From: Bacillota bacterium
Lineage (GTDB): Bacteria; Bacillota; JAAYKD01
Assembly (NCBI GenBank): GCA_963666425.2
Contig: OY762825.2
Location: forward strand, 384,001-448,000
DNA: 64,000 nt
Direction: 5' to 3'
Made by a program: the position numbers and the translations under genes. Below are positions 59,289-64,000 of this stretch, one piece after another. Numbering within the stretch: the stretch's first letter is position 1; every line of letters begins with the position of its first letter. The notes under the pieces are model-generated. The model was given only the letters and a program-made list of their open reading frames with translations. It searched no databases and had not been told where the DNA came from.

Positions 59289-59972
59289 TTGAAGGTGATC
59301 CTATTGAAATCATTAATTCATGAATTTTCCGGCTTTTCACCGGAAATGCTTGATTTCCTTTTTGAACTTCGGTTTACCAACACAATTGAAAAACAAGCGG
59401 ACCATCTTGTTCGGTATAAAACACTGATTTCCGAACCGCTGGCTCTGCTTTATGGAGCCCTGCTTACTACGGTTTCTGAGTTGAATTTACCGGTTGAAAC
59501 AAAACCTGCCCGCTGTATCTCATCACCTTATACCGATCGGCGTTTTTCACCGAATGTACCGCTAAAAGAATATTTCTACATTCGTTTTAAGCAATACAGC
59601 AAAAGCACCGATATCCCCGGCCTTTATTTTGACCTGGGATTAGAACATTACGGTTATGGCATCCGTATTTATAAGCAAACAGCTTCTAATATGGCTCAGC
59701 TTCGGGAAAAAATACTCGAAGCAACTGACCAATACTCTGTAATTTTGGATGAAATCTACGCTGCCGGTTTTGTAGTAAGTGGTGAAAAATATAAAAAAGA
59801 TCACTATCCAAGCTTACACGACTGCACTGCAAAGGAAATTCTTAACCGCCGTGGTTTTTATATTGAAAAAGCTGTACCAGTGGGCGGAAATGTGTTTTCC
59901 CCTGCTCTTGCTGATGAATTGTCGGAAGCTTTTAGACTACTCAGGAAAATGTTTCTGCTATTGGGAGAATAG
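59289..59972 (+). CDS. DUF2461-like conserved hypothetical protein
   Basis: FSGFSPEMLDFL, ISSPYTDRRFS...PLKEY and GLYFD resemble DUF2461 family motifs. Confidence 0.55.
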   Translation: MKVILLKSLIHEFSGFSPEMLDFLFELRFTNTIEKQADHLVRYKTLISEPLALLYGALLTTVSELNLPVETKPARCISSPYTDRRFSPNVPLKEYFYIRFKQYSKSTDIPGLYFDLGLEHYGYGIRIYKQTASNMAQLREKILEATDQYSVILDEIYAAGFVVSGEKYKKDHYPSLHDCTAKEILNRRGFYIEKAVPVGGNVFSPALADELSEAFRLLRKMFLLLGE

Positions 59973-60094
59973 CCTTTTGCCAAAGCAATTTCGCTTGTGT
60001 TGGCAAAAGGGTAATAGAACAGGCTTGAAAAATAGATTTTCAACTTTTCAGGTTAATTATACCCTATTTTGAGCTGGTTTTAAAGATGATTTTA

Positions 60095-60156
60095 TGTACC
60101 AAGGGGACGGGGGTGTTGGCACAAGTTTGTGCCAACACCCCCGTCCCCTTGGTACA
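60095..60156. repeat. REP copies 7 and 8 as an inverted doublet (62-bp palindrome)
   Basis: TGTACCAAGGGGACGGGGGTGTTGGCACA-AGTT-TGTGCCAACACCCCCGTCCCCTTGGTACA. Confidence 0.97.
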
Positions 60157-60157
60157 G

Positions 60158-60823
60158 TTACTTAACTCCCCGAATCAAGAGCCAGAACATAAAGGGAAAC
60201 TCGGCCATCATAGCAGGCAGCAATAACGCCGTCTCCAGCGTACTGCTGGGAATGAGAAAATGGATGATCACAGCAAGCAGGCCGCAGACAGTCTCGATTG
60301 CAAACAAGATGCCGAATACTTTGGGCAGAAAACCAGACTGATAAATCAAAATACCCAGCGGCAGCACCCAGAGGGCAAAGAAAACCTGACCGATCATATA
60401 ACCGTGCTCATAAATCCGGAAAGACAAGATAGCCAGCGACTGCAGCTGATTGCCGGAAAAACCGCTCCAGGCACTGCCTCCGCTCAGAATCAGCAGCGGC
60501 GCATATTCATTAAGAAGATTGATCAGAAGCAGCGTGCTTCCCGCTGCAGCGAACAATACCATCACGGCAGCCAAATTCCGATTGACCGAAGCCAGCAGCT
60601 GATATAACGCGATTGCCGTGAACAAATAGCACACCGACATCAGAAGATCGCTGACAATCCCCGCCCGAAAGAGAAAGCTCTGCGATATAATTCTGGCTGC
60701 GGTCTCCGCCGCATTGGCGGGAACAAAAAGTTTTTGCCGGAAGAAAACCTCAGCAAAAAGGCCGAACACAACCATTAACAGAAAGAAGAATCCCGACAGC
60801 CGCGCTGTTTTATTCGCATTCAT
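60158..60823 (-). CDS. DUF4386-family membrane protein
   Basis: ARLSGFFFL, FRAGIVSDL, FFALWVLPLG...SGFLPK and WLLIRG motifs. Confidence 0.75.
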   Translation of the reverse strand: MNANKTARLSGFFFLLMVVFGLFAEVFFRQKLFVPANAAETAARIISQSFLFRAGIVSDLLMSVCYLFTAIALYQLLASVNRNLAAVMVLFAAAGSTLLLINLLNEYAPLLILSGGSAWSGFSGNQLQSLAILSFRIYEHGYMIGQVFFALWVLPLGILIYQSGFLPKVFGILFAIETVCGLLAVIIHFLIPSSTLETALLLPAMMAEFPFMFWLLIRGVK

Positions 60824-60838
60824 GAATTACAACCCTCT

Positions 60839-61624
60839 CTAATATTCTATTTTGTGATCCATCAGCCAGGCGGTTCCGCGTAAGCTCCCAAACAAAACCA
60901 GAACACTGACCAGGACAGAACTTAAGGAATCTTCACCCAGCAAGTTGAATCGGATAATGGGGAATTGCAGCATCAATTCATTCAAGAATCCCAGTATTGT
61001 GATCACCGTAACGAACATGAGCATTCCGATCAAAACAGCGGCTTTACTTTTATGAGAAAACATCTTAGAAAAGGCAATGCAGAAATAAACAATCATATAA
61101 AGCGAAGCAAAACAAAAAATGATGTAGAGAATATCCAACAAGAGCAAACCGGGAGAGGCAAAAGCTTTCTGCAAGGCGCTACGGAAAATATCGAGCACTT
61201 TTTTGTCAAACCGGCTGCTGATTAAAATAAAAGCGGTCACCGAGACTGCGCTGCAGCTTAAACCAACGATTGCGCTGGTCAAGACGGTTGCCAATTTTGC
61301 TGCAAGCTTTTTCCAGGAAGCAATCGGGGTCAGCAGTTCCAACACGGCTTGCTTGCCGGATAAATCCTCGTTGAAACGTGTAATCCCCTCAAAAAAAGGA
61401 AACAAACCAATCAAAATGGCTGCCAGGAAAAAAAGCAGCATGGCAATCACGGCAGGTGTTCCCATGTTTTCACATTCATAATTACTTTCCGTGAATACTC
61501 TCGTCATATTGACATTCCAGAAGAAGGTCCTCGCTACAAACAGCAATACAGTCTGGAGCAAAACATATCCCAGCAAAATGTTCCTGGAAGCTTTCCATCT
61601 TTTCACAAATTCAAATTTCAGCAA
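60839..61624 (-). CDS. ABC-2-type transporter permease
   Basis: Six TM helices; LLTPIASWKKLAAKL; follows the ABC ATPase. Confidence 0.7.
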   Translation of the reverse strand: MLKFEFVKRWKASRNILLGYVLLQTVLLFVARTFFWNVNMTRVFTESNYECENMGTPAVIAMLLFFLAAILIGLFPFFEGITRFNEDLSGKQAVLELLTPIASWKKLAAKLATVLTSAIVGLSCSAVSVTAFILISSRFDKKVLDIFRSALQKAFASPGLLLLDILYIIFCFASLYMIVYFCIAFSKMFSHKSKAAVLIGMLMFVTVITILGFLNELMLQFPIIRFNLLGEDSLSSVLVSVLVLFGSLRGTAWLMDHKIEY

Positions 61625-62323
61625 TCAGTCAACGCAGTAAACCTCCCTGTAAACTTCATCTAGTGTCATTTTTTTCACATTGCGAATTTCTTCCGTATTG
61701 CCGGCCAGGATAATTTTCCCGTCCTGCTGGAAATATGCCTCATCCAGTATGGATTCAATCTCCTGAATATGATGACTGGTCAGCAGGATGGAGCTTTCAT
61801 AATTGAAACCTTTTAAGATCGCGCCGAGAATCTGTTCCCGGGCAATCGGATCTACCCCATTGAGCGGTTCGTCCAACACAATCAACTTGGCCTCTCTGGA
61901 AAGAGTCAGAGTTAAAGACAATTTCTCCAACATGCCTTTGGATAAATCTTTGACAACCATTTCATTCTTCAGCTTCATGAACTCGAGCAGAGTATCAAAC
62001 TTTTCCGCATTGAAATCCTTAAAAAAGTCAGTATAGAATTTTTTTGCCTCTGCGATCCTCATCCAGGGATAGAGAAAATCGGTATCCGGCAAATAAGCAA
62101 CCATTGCTTTTGTCTTTACCCCTACCGGTTCGCCGCAGATTTGCAGGCTGCCGGCGCTTGGTCTGCTGAGTCCTGCCAACAGTTTCAGAAAAGTTGTTTT
62201 ACCGCTGCCATTCGGCCCCAAAAGGCCAACTATTTTACCACTCTCAACGATCATATCCATGCCGTTCAGCACCTGTTTATGCAGGAATTTTTTATAAACT
62301 GCCTGCGCTTCCAGAATTCTCAT
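61625..62323 (-). CDS. ABC transporter ATPase (YtrB-like)
   Basis: GPNGSGKT, LSKGM, LDEP and TSH motifs. Confidence 0.9.
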   Translation of the reverse strand: MRILEAQAVYKKFLHKQVLNGMDMIVESGKIVGLLGPNGSGKTTFLKLLAGLSRPSAGSLQICGEPVGVKTKAMVAYLPDTDFLYPWMRIAEAKKFYTDFFKDFNAEKFDTLLEFMKLKNEMVVKDLSKGMLEKLSLTLTLSREAKLIVLDEPLNGVDPIAREQILGAILKGFNYESSILLTSHHIQEIESILDEAYFQQDGKIILAGNTEEIRNVKKMTLDEVYREVYCVD

Positions 62324-62324
62324 T

Positions 62325-62687
62325 TTATCGCTCCTCCAAAATCTTCTTGAGATAGCTTACAATTTCCTGATTGGATAAACCCAATTCCAGCATCTGATCG
62401 GCAAAGCGCTGTGCATAACCTTGCGCCTGCGTTGCCTTGAGCTGATTGACCAATTCAGCGCCCTCCGCCACAAAGGTACCAATCCCACGCTGAGAATAAG
62501 TGATACCCTCTCTTTCCAATTCCTGAAAGACACGCTGAACCGTATTGGGATTGACTTTGAATGTTTCCGAAAATTCTCTGACCGACGGCATTTTTTCTCC
62601 CCCTTTGAGTTTACCGGATATGATGTCAGCTTTTACTTTTTGAATGATTTGTAAATAAATCGGCATGTTCTCTTCATACTTGATCAT
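62325..62687 (-). CDS. GntR-family (YtrA subfamily) repressor
   Basis: PIYLQI, MPSVRE, VNPNTVQR and RGIGTFV motifs; short C-terminal domain. Confidence 0.9.
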   Translation of the reverse strand: MIKYEENMPIYLQIIQKVKADIISGKLKGGEKMPSVREFSETFKVNPNTVQRVFQELEREGITYSQRGIGTFVAEGAELVNQLKATQAQGYAQRFADQMLELGLSNQEIVSYLKKILEER

Positions 62688-62712
62688 AGATCCACCCCCC
62701 AAGCTATTTCAC

Positions 62713-62753
62713 TAGTGTGCTATCATATTAATACACTAACGATGCTTTGTCAA
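62713..62753 (-). promoter_or_regulatory. YtrA-type operator overlapping the promoter
   Basis: TAGTGT-N14-ACACTA palindrome (62713-62738); TTGACA at 62748-62753 on the minus strand. Confidence 0.7.
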
Positions 62754-62795
62754 TACCCTTTTTTAAAAAAATTGAAATATTCTTAATTTCAGCAC

Positions 62796-62861
62796 AGTGA
62801 GCCAAGGGGACGGGGGTGTTGGCACAAGTTTGTGCCAACACCCCCGTCCCCTTGGCTCACT
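62796..62861. repeat. REP copies 9 and 10 as an inverted doublet (66-bp palindrome)
   Basis: AGTGAGCCAAGGGGACGGGGGTGTTGGCACA-AGTT-TGTGCCAACACCCCCGTCCCCTTGGCTCACT. Confidence 0.97.
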
Positions 62862-63333
62862 TCACGAGCTCAATTGCTTCTTTACCGGTAATCTGTTCAA
62901 TGTCAATGGCAATTAAGTACGATTGACTGCAGCCGTCCACTTCTTTTTGCTTGGCTGCCTCTGGTTGATCGCCTGCGTATTTTTCCACAAAGGCCCGGAA
63001 CGCCTGCCGCTGTTCGTCGCCTTCGGCAATTCTGGCGCGGCCAAAAGCAATCACGCTGCGGAAATAAGTTGTGTATTTTTCACTGACAATTTTGTCTTCA
63101 TCCGTCACCGCAAAAGACACCTTTGGATTTTTGAGGATGGCATCTATTTTATGGCCGGACTTGGCCGAGTGAAAATAGATTTTCTGATTATAATAAACAT
63201 AACTGAGCGGCACCGCATAGGGGTAATCATCATCCCCTAAACACGCCAGAACTCCACAGGTGCATCTGCTCATTACCGCTGCCGTATCCTGCGGTGATAA
63301 CAATTGTTTTACTCTGCGCATGGCTCGAAACAT
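62857..63333 (-). CDS. Pyridoxamine 5'-phosphate oxidase-like flavin-binding protein (Nim-like)
   Basis: MFRAMRR, YPYAVPLSY, IYFHSAKSGHK, FRSVIAFG and ITGKE motifs. Confidence 0.8.
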   Translation of the reverse strand: MFRAMRRVKQLLSPQDTAAVMSRCTCGVLACLGDDDYPYAVPLSYVYYNQKIYFHSAKSGHKIDAILKNPKVSFAVTDEDKIVSEKYTTYFRSVIAFGRARIAEGDEQRQAFRAFVEKYAGDQPEAAKQKEVDGCSQSYLIAIDIEQITGKEAIELVK

Positions 63334-63355
63334 CTTATTTTTCTCCCTTTCATTT

Positions 63356-63883
63356 TCAGCATTTCCAATCGATTTTAGCAGGATGCGGCTCATCGGCGAC
63401 TGCTACCGCCTGCAATGCAGCCAACATACGCCCGCATTCTTCCGCTGCCGCAAGTTGCAGCTGTTCCCATTGCGCTTCGGTTCCCAGCTTATCATAGGCA
63501 ACCGCCAAGGCGCCGTAAAAAGCAAGCCCGATGCAATGTCTGGCGGAATGAATTGTTGAAGCGCATTGGCCGATCGCCCTGGCTGCAGCCTGCGCCACCG
63601 GATTAGTTTCGCTTTCCCGGGCAGCCGCGTGACAGGCGAGGATGGCGGCTTTGGCTGCCGGCAGTTTGATGGTTCCGGTTAACCAATTTCGCGCCGCCTG
63701 CAGAGCCTGCTGCGGCCGCAAATCGTCCGGATAAGTTTTCGTCCAGAGCGGCAAAATAAACTGTTCGGCATAATTAACCGCCCAATGCGCCAGCGTTGGT
63801 TTACTCTGCGTGCTGATCAATGCCATCAGCGCCTGAATAGACGGTGCCTGCCAGTCACTGAGCATTTTTCTTAACCTTTGCAT
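63356..63883 (-). CDS. Imm5-like helical protein
   Basis: DLRPQQALQAARNW, CHAAARE and AARAIGQCASTIH motifs. Confidence 0.6.
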   Translation of the reverse strand: MQRLRKMLSDWQAPSIQALMALISTQSKPTLAHWAVNYAEQFILPLWTKTYPDDLRPQQALQAARNWLTGTIKLPAAKAAILACHAAARESETNPVAQAAARAIGQCASTIHSARHCIGLAFYGALAVAYDKLGTEAQWEQLQLAAAEECGRMLAALQAVAVADEPHPAKIDWKC

Positions 63884-63884
63884 C

Positions 63885-64000
63885 TTAGTATTTACCAATC
63901 GGCGGCTGCACGGAATCGGGCAGCGGACACTGATAAGCACCGCCGTTTTGTTTTAAAACGAGATTTTTCGCTTTCTCTACCAGCTCGGGTCTGGCCATGG
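63885..64000 (-). CDS. C-terminal end of a gene entering from outside the window, probably an M20 amidohydrolase (AbgB-like)
   Basis: Manual translation: ...ARPELVEKAKNLVLKQNGGAYQCPLPDSVQPPIGKY*. Confidence 0.45.
   Translation of the reverse strand, partial: MARPELVEKAKNLVLKQNGGAYQCPLPDSVQPPIGKY

Noticed and set aside
51300-62861. CRISPR array, suggested by the 29-bp palindromic repeats
   Set aside because: Spacing runs from 4 bp to 2.6 kb, orientation alternates, and there are no cas genes or uniform spacers.
51300-62861. Classical integron with attC sites
   Set aside because: No IntI tyrosine recombinase in the window. The repeat ends do not fit RYYYAAC...GTTRRRY, and most modules carry their own promoters.
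62857-63333. Calling this a nim metronidazole-resistance gene
   Set aside because: The fold family is widespread and resistance cannot be inferred from motifs alone.

Overview
Chromosomal window from a low-GC Gram-positive-type anaerobe (Bacillota-like gene content; taxon inferred, not proven). Almost all genes are on the minus strand. Region 1-14.6 kb holds housekeeping and transport genes: PFOR, speD-speE, a BceRS-BceAB-type module, a lysine-riboswitch-controlled amino-acid ABC transporter and an aminotransferase. Region 15-33 kb is rich in c-di-GMP enzymes and has an orphan pilin-like adhesin. Region 33.3-48.3 kb is a Gram-positive-type pel exopolysaccharide operon (pelD-E-DUF2194-F-G) that continues into two CotH-family kinases (one apparently a pseudokinase), a VTC polyphosphate-polymerase domain protein and a DUF4956 membrane protein. 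Region 51.3-62.9 kb holds a REP-associated HUH (Y1) transposase and ten copies of a 29-bp palindromic repeat (TGTGCCAA-CACCCCCGTCCCC-TTGGCACA). The repeats alternate in orientation, abut stop codons, RBSs and promoters, and cut the region into self-contained gene modules. This looks like an integron-like cassette array run by a RAYT and is the best candidate for an undescribed system. All family assignments come from motif recognition by eye; no database searches were run.
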